A DNA stretch of 64,000 nt from Amoebophrya sp. A120. Taxonomy: Eukaryota > Protista > Dinoflagellata. The notes under the pieces were generated by a model. The model ran no database searches, was not told the DNA's origin, and worked only from the letters and a program-made list of their open reading frames with translations. The position numbers and the translations under genes are program-made. The stretch lies in contig CAJINV010000003.1 in assembly GCA_905178155.1 (NCBI GenBank), positions 8,476,799 to 8,540,798 of the forward strand, read 5' to 3'. Each line of letters begins with the position of its first letter. The stretch's first letter is position 1. Shown piece after piece: positions 37,042 through 48,300 of the stretch.

Positions 37042-38146
37042 CAGTCTCCTACTTTCGGCTTCAAACGCGGCGTCACATTAACTCTAGACCGCTCGGAATG
37101 TAATCGTGATTCAAACGGAATTCAAACTGAATTCAAAAAGTTGGCACTTTCAAAAAAACGCCGGGAAATGGGGCGAACGCGCTTTGGTTCGACCGGCGGC
37201 CGAAGTTTGTTATAATGCCTTAACTTGCGAACCTTCAAACCCGGCTCGGCGCCAGGGGGGGCGCTGCCGGTGTAATAAGAGAAGACCCTGCCCAGCCACG
37301 GAAAAATGCCGGGAACCGTCGGGGGCCGGCGCATGCGGTTAGGAGCATGGCTGGCCTCGGTGTCGGGGTCGCGGCTTGGCCCGGCGAGTGCTCAAGCAAG
37401 TCAGCCTGTGCATATTGCGTGTGACGCTAGTGGACAAAATGCCGCCAGGGGCGAGGCCATCCCCGGCCGCGATTCCCAATGCGATCAGCCACCTAAGATC
37501 GCCCAGGTTGGTCTCGGTAGGTGAAGTCGACTGGAGGCACAACTCTGGTGGCCCGGACCACAAAATCCCATCCCCCACCAATTCAAAATCCATCCGAATT
37601 CTGTCAGAATCCGTCCGAATCAAGAAGCCAAGTAGGGGACGAAATTCGGACGGAATTCCGACAGAATTCGGATGAGTTTTGAATTTGCCCCGATGGCCCC
37701 GATGGAGTTTGAATTGGGGCCGATCGTCCGGATGGGTTTTGAATTGGGGCCGGTCGTCCGGATGGAGTTTGAATTGGGGCCGGTCGATCGGATGGAGTTT
37801 GAAATTGAGATCCACTCCCCGATGAACTTTAGAATTGTTGCGCCGATCCCAAATTAGCGCCGCAAACAAGCGCAGCACCCTTCTGCGCCCGTGCGGGCCA
37901 GTTGTAGCGTTCCTGCCTGAAGTGCCAAAGCCAATAATAGCGCCGGCCGCGGGAATGACTAGACCGCCACCCGTGTCAGACAGGCGCTACACAATAGTGG
38001 CGCGAAATTTTAAGCCACGACAGAGCGCAGTCGCCCTTCGCAGGCGATGCGGGCGTATGCCGGAAAGTGAATCAGAGCGCATCGCTCTTGGCCCTCGGTC
38101 ATCATTCAGCAACACTGCTACTTTCGGCTTCAGACGAGGCGTTACA
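37042..38146. mobile_element. Non-coding module C bounded by the motif
   Basis: First ~100 bp align with module A; central inverted repeat ~37580-37685; 30-bp tandem GATGGAGTTTGAATTGGGGCCGATCGTCCG x~5 (37671-37807). Confidence 0.65.
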
Positions 38147-40317
38147 GTCCTGATCTTGGAAATCACAGCCCGGACCATCTTCCTAATCCGTTTGTCGCTG
38201 ATCCGGCCGCTCAGTTTATTTCCTAATCGTAATCCTAGCTCTGTTGTAGTAGATGAAGGAGTAATATGCAGATGATCAGGCCGCGGACCGAGCGCTGAAG
38301 ACGGGGCGGTCGTTCCTCGCCTGCCTGGTACGTACTTTCGCGGATTCGAGAAACTCAACTTCCTGAGAAACCCGGGGGCGCTTACTCCAGCAGGCGGACC
38401 ACGGGGCGCTATGATCCGTGAGGTGGAAGAGGAAGGAGCTTCCCGCTGGGACTGACGACGAAACGAGCTCGAACTTGGTGGGCTTTGACTCCTCGTTAGT
38501 TTCTTGCTTCGTCTCGTTGGAGCCGGCGTGCTGGTGTTCACTACGGAGATATTATTCCCATCTAGTACTTTATTGTCTCGGGCAAGAACTCCGCACCAGC
38601 TGCGGATGTTTGCGGCGTGTGAAGAAGCTGAGGCCGCCAGTGAAGGTGTAGGAAATGACACTTTTGAAGAACTACTTCCATGAGATGGTGGAGACAAATA
38701 AAACGAAGACGATCCATGCTCCGCTGATGTTGATGTTCCGAGTACGTTGCTTGCAGAACAATTCTTGTAGATACTACTTTGGCCGGACGCCGTCGGCGAA
38801 ACGCTGCGGTCCACCGTCCCCGGCGACCAGCAATTTGGTCCAACGTCCCCGACGAACCTGGGGTCGTATTGGTGCAGGTGGGAGTGTCGTTTTCGCGGTA
38901 ACAGTGGATGTCTTGCGGGAAGAAAAGAAGTGGATCTTTGTCCACGTGGTCTCTCCCTGCTGTTCCGGATTTCCAGAAGCTCGTCGTATTACTTCTAGAA
39001 GCAGAGGGCCCCGAAAGATCCGGCTGCTCCCCCGGAATCCGGTCCTCGTCGCGCAATGAAGGCCTCGCTCTCCTCCACGCTCCAGCGAGGTGCGATCCTA
39101 CCACGGCACAGGGGTCGTGCAGCACACAGAAAAAATAGAAAAGCCCCGCTGGGAAGACGGTAGGGTAAGTTCTCATCACCCGCAGTAACCCGCTCGTCTC
39201 GTTGTAGTGGTAGCACTGGGACTCGCGTAGGCGTCTGCTGCATGATGATCGAGACTGTAGCTGCATCGTTGTTCGTTGTTTTCTTACGTCCATTCGGGAG
39301 AGCGAAGGATCGAGAATACCACCAGCAAAGAGTAACAGATCGGTCAAACAAAGGCGATTAAACGGCTTGGATCTTCTCGTTTCAGGGAGCTGGTTGCTGA
39401 GGACAGTCCTTATCGTAATTTGAGTTCCTAGATGATCAACATGAAAAATTGCGCAGTCTGGAGCCGGCTAAACCTAAATTGGGAATCAGAAAGAGAACTT
39501 CAACTCTCGGGGTCGGGGCCGCTAGGAGAGACCGCTAAATAAACATGGAGAAAGTGGGGTTTGGATAAGAAGTTCGGATTCCAGGAAGTGGAGTCGGTAC
39601 AGAAACCAAACTACTGCACCGAATATTCATCTTCATAATCAGACATATTTATACATATATGCAAGAGAACCAAGCATGATCATGATGATGATGTTCAGGA
39701 TCGAAGTCTTCAAATCAGCCTCACGATTTTTTACGCCACAGTTTATCACATATGCCACTCGTCGCTTGCCGCTGCTGCTGTGCAGTAGAAATTGAAACAA
39801 GTATTTGCTTATGCTTAGAGTCATTCTCATTGAACCACAAGCGGAGCGAATACCAGTACTACATACATGCATACAAACATAATCAGCTTCGCTGAATCTG
39901 AGGGATGGTGTTGCTGGGCACGCTCTCCAGGAGGTTTTTTGTGCTCACCTGGATTGGAACCTCGCCCCAGGAAAGCGACATTCTCATCAAGAGCGATGTA
40001 CTGGCAAGCAAGATGAGCTTAAAAATCTTAAATAATAGCGAGGCGGCCTCCCCCTCCGCATCTGCAATTTTCCGTCGCGTCAAATGACGCGAGAGGTGGG
40101 GATCTAACGGGTCCAGGAGGGGATCCGCGACTCCATTCGGAGTCGTCGAGGAACGCTTGCAGTGCCCGGACCGAGCCCCCGCCCTATGTCCCCGATTGCT
40201 GCGCCAAGCACTATTCGCTCCGGGCTTCGGGTACGGGTTAATGGGGTCTGCCACAAAATTATGACTGGCGACGGCTACGAGTACGACCACCCAACCTGCC
40301 GTGACAGCAGTGGGCAT
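38147..40317 (-). CDS. Ser/Arg-rich hypothetical protein, multi-exon; frame runs into the motif at 38146
   Basis: ORFs 39883-40317 (hydrophobic N-terminus), 38562-39347 and 37987-38814; exon structure not resolved. Confidence 0.4.
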
Positions 40318-42332
40318 CCATCTTCGTCCCGGAGGGTGCGTAGTTGTGTGCCCCCTTCATTCTCTTTCATCGCGCGGAGAAGTCGGTGGCAACGCATACA
40401 CTGCCGCACAGGCGGGGTCGTGTGGCGTCAACTCTTCGCGAAACTGAAGAGAGAAATAGGGGGCAACCTAAAATAAAAAAAAGCGAAGCGGAAGTGCGAC
40501 GTTCCACGAGCGACTCACTTTCAGAAAATGCCAAGCGGATGCAATCTCTCCACATTTTCGTCCAGGAATGGACTTCTGGGATCGCGGGATGTCGGAACAA
40601 ACTGCCTAAATACTTGGCGATCGTTCTGCTTTATAAGCCCAATCAATCTTCAAAACGAAAACTCGTCTGTCAGTGTCAAACGAGCACTGAATATCTATTC
40701 ATTACTCTTGCTACTCAACCGTCTAAGATGAGGCAGAGGAAGATTCGAAAATAACAACTTGGGCCGCGCGGCACAACCATTACATTCGTTGTCAACGTTC
40801 GACATATTTTTTTGCTATATTCTCTAGCCGAAATGAGTTGTCTCATCTCAGATCTCTTTTACTTTTTTGTATACCCACTATAAAAAAGAAATAAATCAAA
40901 TACATAGATCACGTATATATATTTACAAAAAGGAGGAGGATGAAGTACTTACGAAAACGAAGCGGCTTCGAGCCGTTCATATAAAAGTAGTGAGTGGCAC
41001 GCGCACGCGCACGCCAGCGGTGTCCTCTTCTCTTTCTCATAGCTATAGCATTTTTTTTCTGCAACCAAAATAAATACAAGAAGCCCGGGGGCAACGGCAA
41101 GAAGTTCAGAGCTAGTCGCAACTACAAAGTACTTAGGACGATCACCATCCATGGAGGGCAAAGCGCTTGCGCAGAAGTGAATCTTCTCTGCAGTATTACG
41201 ATAATAATCGCATCGACTTCGGTATCGGTTACTACCGGAGGAGTGCAACTAATATCGAGGAGCCTGCTGATACTGAGTTTCTCTACTACAGCTAAGTACT
41301 TATTTCCTTGTGATCATCTAACGCAGAGAAAACATGAGTACTCGGAGATATAAATAGGATTTTTACCGCTTTCCCTTCCCTGCACCTTGTTGGTTATTTC
41401 AGTATTCCAAACCTTTATCTGGTTTGTCGTACTTCGCCCAAGGCAAAGGCTCCATACGTTTGTAGTCCAAAAAAATATACAGATCGATCAAAATAAATTG
41501 GGCCAAGGTAGAACCACATGCCATCTAGATCTACGGAGAAACGTAAAAGATTATATCACTGGAGACATTTTTGCATGTCATTCAACAGGCATCGGCGCGA
41601 TTCTATTGCTGTTGGTGAGGAGTTTCTCAGATGTGATTAAGTCTTCCTTTAACCAACAACCACAACAAGTAAAGCGCGCCACATTCATTTCCTACGATGC
41701 AGACACGCAATGAATCAGCTTCATATTTTTCTTTTTACTAGACTGTATTCCCTTGCAGTACCAGTAATATGTCGAAATTCAAATAATAGGACGAAACCAT
41801 TGCCGCAAAAAGCCCCCTACAACTTTCCAACGAGAAAAGAGTTACCATTTTTCCCCGTGTGGAAGATCCCGAGTGTTTCATTTACACCTCTGGCTGTTGT
41901 AGCAACTCTCTTATCCTTCGCAAGTTTGTCCATGCCAGAGGTGAGCATGCAAAAATGAGTGGATGCGAAACCACTTTTAGAAGCACACCATAGGGAGTCA
42001 TATCTACTAGAGTTCCCAATAATTAAAGTGCTTTCTTTGTCCACCAGACCCCCCCGATTGGTCTAAGAAAGCTTCACACGCAGGATTGGGCTCGACGCAG
42101 GCGATGCAAGAAGGTGCTTTGAGATGATGATGTCGTGCTACTACAAACATATTTCATTATCCGCCGCACCAGGTGCCTATAGAATTCGAAGTTTTTGCTC
42201 TGATGACCCTGGTTTGCCATCCGTCTCGCAAGCACCCTAGGAACCACGGACTGCAAGGTCACTGTTCAAAACTGGCGCGTACAAATATACAAATCACGCA
42301 GCTGCTTTATATATATGCTTTTTGCTCTGCCT

Positions 42333-45300
42333 CTAACGTGGACAATTTGAGAAGTGGATATCTACCCACACATAGCAACACCCAACCGAAGCCAGTAGCG
42401 AGGAAATCTGGAGCATCCAGCCGTTCTTGACGTAGTCGCCGAAAGCGTACCCCCCCGGAACCTGGACATACATGTTGCAGCTTGTCCCGAATGGCGTGCA
42501 AAAACACGCACTCGCGCCGAAAACGACCAATGCCAGCATAGGTTTAGGCGGGATCCCCAGTGACTGTTGTAAGTTCGTGTTATTTCGTTTGAGTATGGAC
42601 AGCCGCGCAAAATCTTCAGACTCGTTCGTCGTACTGGCGATACAGATAGTACCCTGGTTCAGGAGCAGGATGAATAATATAGAAAACCTAATGAATCCAG
42701 AAGATCATGTAAAAGTCACTTAGGCAAGAAGAAGATGACCACTGCCGTGTGCCCGTGCACTTCAATTCTGGTAAGTGCGCCGCGGCCTGGATGGTTCATT
42801 AAAAGCTGCACCCAGGCCATTTACATAAAGTAGTTCTATATGGCAAACCCAAACCAAAAATGCTTTCGAAAGGAGTAATTAGGCTGAAATAAACGGTATA
42901 GGTATTATACGAACATATGTTCATCATGTGGTGTTTAATATTCTTACCAGCGCGACTTGAAATGTAGCCGCCTGAAACAACTGCGCCGTGGTGTTGTTGT
43001 TGATAAACTGCGTGATGATGGACAGGGCGACGAAGAGAAGAATCATATCACAAGGAAAGATCCCCCCTCCCCATATCAAAAGGAAGGCTCTGATGCTGGA
43101 TTTGGGTACACAAATCAGGTCTGTCTTGCGGTAAGAGACTGCAGGCCCATGCTGCGCCTAATTAGGAGAGTTCTGACGTAGGCGCGTAGCGTGGCAGATG
43201 TGTACTCTGTAGGCCCCATGCATAGCATCAAAAACTGCCTGCATAATGCGGCGGAGTCTCTGGCTTGGCCTTCTTGCAATACAGAGACGATTTACGGCCA
43301 CAAATCAGCATCGCAAATTTTCAGAAGTATCCCTGTTTGGTATGGGGACGGGGGATATTTTTTCACGATAAGTCATGACCAGAATGACTTTGGAGCCTTC
43401 AACGCCAACGGGCGACGCTGCACCAGCGCCCTCCAGGGGTGCAGCGGGCTGACCGGAGGTACCGACGTTCTGTATCGTACGAAAAAGCGCCCGGCTGCGA
43501 GGAACAGAAGGACGATGTTGTGTTTGATTCTTCGGCAAGGCCACAACGAGAACGACGGTGGCCTTGCCGACAGTCTCTCGGCTCGTGACAAGCCTCGTCA
43601 GGCACCGAAATGTTGTATAAAAAATTGCTTTCCAGCTCCTGCTGATAAAAATAGCCGAAAGAACTGTGGCAAATGTAAAAACTGCTACTTCCGAGCAGCA
43701 ATTGCAAAGGCTTTGCAAAGATACGAAGACACCCTCTACTCATTCCAAGCTTGTCTCTGCTAGGAGCGCTTTTCTGTAGAATACTCTGGATTGCAGTCGA
43801 GATCTATGAGAATCTACAAATCCCCCTCAACGTGCCCCTCATTTGTCATGCGAAGCACCCAGCAATCGCAAACGCGATCCATGACGACCAGTTCGCAGTT
43901 GTTGGCCCCTCCCCCTCTTGCTCTGTTTGCATGACACATCGCGGACGCGAAAGCCTCAGCAGCAGTAGATTTGATGCATGAATTTGTGTTTGTGATGCAG
44001 ATTGAAGCTACAGCTCTGCATCTGCAGTAGTTTGTGTTGTTGCTCATGCCAAGCTACGACTGAGGGCGAGGGGGAGTTGTGCACTCTGATACGATCAGCC
44101 GTACGGCCCCGGACTTCTCCAACGCCTCTGCGTATACACTGCAAAATGAAAATGCCTGGCTCTGGAAACTTGTAACGCTGCAATGTAGACGATGGATTCA
44201 GACACTGACGCTCTTGTGAAGTGCTAGTGCAGCACCGGAGCTGCATGATAATAATATTCTTTCAACATGTCAGGCTCCTGCACTACAGCGCAGTGGCTGC
44301 GCCCCAAGCAAACTCGGACTTAATTTGTCAACATGCAAATAAGTAAAATTTTCAGGGACAACATACAATGCTGCAGAAGAATCGACTGATATATGAATTT
44401 CTTGCTCTTCATCTCCAGATCCACATCCAGATCGATATCAACATCTGCGATGCATACCGCGGTTGCATCGGCGAAAGCGAAGGTAAACAGCACCGAACTG
44501 CTCATCGTAGCCACCGCATTTTTCCACGTCAGAATGTGCGTAAAGACGACGATCATGGCAATGATCGAAAAATAGGTGTGAATGTGGTTGAACCGCTTCA
44601 GGCTGGGATGCAGTCCGGAAACAGCTGCGAACGTGACCGCGAGGAAGAAGAGGATGAACACGAAATACCCTCGACTCTGGTCCATTGTAGTTACTGAACG
44701 GGTATCAAGCTTGGAAATTTGTCTGAGTCTGTAACTAGAATAATTCTTTCATCAGTGTCAGTGTGTCTGATCCTGATGAGTCTTTGAGAAAATTTTTTCA
44801 TGATGCAGCTCGTCCCCTTTGCACCACGCGGCCTGGCCAGTTACGTACTAGTTGGCCAGGGCGCGCGGAGTTCGCGGGAACGCACTGCAGGTCTTGGAGC
44901 AAGCGTCTTGATAGCGATAGTATAATTGACGTATGACAATGACTGACATGCCTCGCCCATGTAATGAGCGGGCTCCTTCTTGTTTCGTGGTAAGAAGCAA
45001 GTGGGCAGCGGTTGGCGCTCGCGCATGCCAGACTTTGGTGATCATTCCAATCGTTGTAGTTCTGATTGCGCGCTCCAGCCCGGGATTGCATTTCACAAAA
45101 TATGCACAGGATATTTGTTTTTTTAGTGAAGACCCAGACACGTTTGAGTTTGCTGTGCCTACCGGGGCGGTTTCGTTCCTGGGACGGGTTTCACGAGGGT
45201 CACCTCCGCGCGTTTCTCCCGAACCAGCTTTTCGAATTTAGGCCCTGCAAACGCCTCCACCAAAACTAGATTCTTGCTTTCGTCGTACCCGACTTTGCAG

Positions 45301-48300
45301 CACTGCAGCTCCTCAAATAATTCGTCGTGCGCTGCCACCTTCGCACCGTCATCCCCTGCAGAGTTTGTTGTATGAGTATGAGATGAAGATAGCAACAAGA
45401 TGAAAGAATAAGAAAGCGAAAGTTCTTGTGAGGGTGCGTGTCATAAACACGGGACAATGACAACATCATCAGAATAATACACGCGCCTTATCAATATTCC
45501 TATACGGCCAGCAACATGAAGAAGAAATATTGCAGGTGAAGATCACCAGCTGCGAGCCTGTGACCACATAAAAATTTTTACACGAGTCCGAGCACATTCA
45601 GCCCCGAGCAGAAAGGCTGAAATACCTGCAATTTTGGAGTCGAGGGCGAGCTCGTATAGCAGCCGCTTGTAGCGTTTGCGCCCGAGGAAGTGGGTAAATT
45701 TGGAGGCTGGCACCATGCCTTCGCAGTTGCGGCGGATTTTTGCGACTGCGTCCGCCGTTTTCACCGACAGCTGCAAGACGTTTCCAGCAGCAAAACTTCG
45801 CTCCGCTGGAGGCGTGGCATCCACCGGCTGCGCCACTTCAATGCTATGAAAGGAACGCGAGTGACTTCTTGTTCTCTACTTGGGGGTGCTGCCAGCCCGG
45901 GGACGAAAAGTTCCAACCCTGCTTCACGGTTGCAGTTGCCTCATAGTAATCCCGCTTGGCATTTTACATCGCATTCGCAAAATATTAAGACGTGCAGCGC
46001 ATTTTTACGTAATATACTTTTCTTGCGTAAAGTCGCGCAACAAGGTTGTCTTTCCTGTGGGCTCTAATCACCACAGAAGCAAAAGCTTGGTCACTGACGC
46101 TGCATAAATGTTCACTTGCCCTTGGTCAGCCACATTTCTCAGCGTCAACTTCTCAGTGCCTGTGGTCTCGCTTGTTCTTATCGAGTGAAATACGGCGCCC
46201 CTACTGCCACTGGTGCGCTTTGTTTGTCCCCTTGCGGATCAAAAATAAGTAAATAAGCAATTAAGTATTCACAACGCTAGCAAACCAAAGTTGATCTCAA
46301 GGCACATGGGCAGCTAATCTTTGTACTTTAACTTGTTCTACTGCCAAATATATAACTGAAACCACTGCGGCCACGTTGCACGGCTTGTAGTTCGCCACTT
46401 TGCTCGTCCTTAGGCTTCACTTTTAGTTTCGGATTTGCATGGAACATGCAAAACACCCGATTAATTCAATGAGAACAAGCTACGATATAGAAAAGTTCGC
46501 TTCAGGTCCGGTTTTCGTGCATGGCAAGATATTCTTGCGCTGAATTTGAAGTCTAACGAAACAGCACTGGGTAGCACAGGCTTGTCGTAGTGTCATACTC
46601 GTCGCGTCGCGGTACCTTTGATTTGACGCAGCAAATTGTTCATTTCTGCTCATATACATATTTTCTTTGGCTTAGGGGCGTGGCCGGCTCCTGGAGCGTC
46701 GGAGGAGAGGTTGCTCAGCAACTAGTAATGTTGCAATATTACAAATACAATTGCTTGATGACCACGTGCACTGCTGCAATAGAGGCGGCTACGGCTGGAC
46801 TGGACCTGTGACTGTGCCCGCATGTGCCCCACATACAAAACAACATATACCCAGGCCGGGGATGATGCATGTGGGGCGGGAGGACATTCCATTGCATGCT
46901 TTTGGGAACATCTTGCCGAAAGTAGCGCTCATGCTGCTTGGGCTTCACGACTGCGACCACAGTCTGTGCCTCTGTGGATCTTCATGTAAGTGTAATAAAC
47001 GAGTCTGAAGCAGAGACTGGCTCGTGTGAGACCCAAAAAGCGATGCAGGTTGCATTGGTTTTGCGTCAAGGCTGGGCGGTCCCTGTCAACATCACTGCGC
47101 TGTGAACTCAAACCCGAGCTGCATTAAAGCCCCTCGAGTTTTAATGTTCATATTAAGATTGGAAGTAGTGAAAGGCAACAAATAACATATTATTATATTT
47201 ATATATGGAAGAAAACGGGGCCGGAGAGGTTCCGGTAGAGGGTGGGGAGAGGTTGCGTAGAGGTAAAATAGAGGTTGGGAGAGGTAAAGTAGAGGGTCGG
47301 AAAAAAATAGAGGGTCGGGGAGAGGTAAAACGAGAGGTAAAGGAGAGGGTAGGGAGAGGGTGGGTAGTATGTCGGCCCGTATAGCGGCGCTATACGCCCG
47401 AAGAGGGTAGGTAGAGGGTGGACAGAGGTTAAATAGAGGGTAGGGGGAGAGGGTCGAGAGGGTCAGAGAGGGTGCGTAGTATAGAGCGACCCTCTATGTG
47501 ACCCTCTACCACGACCCTCTCCGGGAACCTCTATTTTACCTCTCCGCGGACCCTCTCGGGACCTCTCCGACCCTCTCCCGGACCCTCTCCGGGACCCTCT
47601 CCGAACCTCTCCCGGACCCTCTCCCGGACCCTCTCGCGGACCACCTCCAGGAGCACCGCCTACCCACTTGTCTGCGCGCGGCGCCCCCTAAAGAAGCTCG
47701 CTAGGGCGCAGCGACCGGCTGGCATTGTTTTATTTCGCTTTCAGATCAGAGCGGCCGTTCAAAGTGCGTGCGCCGCTCTGCGTCCCCCAGAGGGGGCGCG
47801 GCGCCACGGCACGCCTTAACCTGGTCGGCCACCTAGGGTGGCCGCAACTTCTTTCCCACAGCGACCGCGCGCGCTGGCAGCAGGTGCGTCGCCCTTGTGG
47901 CGTCTTGAACGTTGGCGCCCGGAAATAGTTCCCTGTGCGCATTTTCCCACGGCGCGCAGCTACCAAGGCCGGGCATGCAGCAGCAGGTGGAAGTGTAGGA
48001 CGCGCCCCCGTGCCGTCTATTAGCAATACAGGCAACGCCCTCGAGGCGCGCCCCCCAGGGTGCCCACCCATGCCGAAACCTGGGCCGGGGTCTTTTTATT
48101 TGGTTGTGTAGCGGCGCGCAGCGAAAGCGATTCATTGCTGGCGCCACCTTCCCCACCGGAACACCTCCACCGAACAGCCCCCTCCCCGGCGGCCTTCGCC
48201 GGGGGGTGGCTGGTTTATCGTATGATCAAAAATACTCGGATCGATCCTTCCAGATCTGCAAAAGCTTGACGCCCGGTGTGGTGCCGAGTGGGGTAGAAGA

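Larger units (their letters stand above)
29087..38146 (+). repeat. Cluster of seven direct copies of (CA)GTCTCCTACTTTCGGCTTCAAACG(A/C)GGCGT(C/T)ACA
   Basis: Copies at 29087-29148 and 29977-30038 (62 bp, 60/62 identical), 32230-32265, 33917-33951, 35442-35475, 37042-37077 and 38118-38146; none found elsewhere in the window. Confidence 0.95.

Noticed and set aside
29087-38146. CRISPR array
   Set aside because: Spacers are 0.8-2.2 kb and irregular, there are no cas genes, and the context is eukaryotic.
38118-38146. Minimal hammerhead ribozyme (CTGAAGCCGAAA on the minus strand)
   Set aside because: Lacks CUGANGA, most copies read TTTGAAG, and no supporting stems or NUH site were seen.
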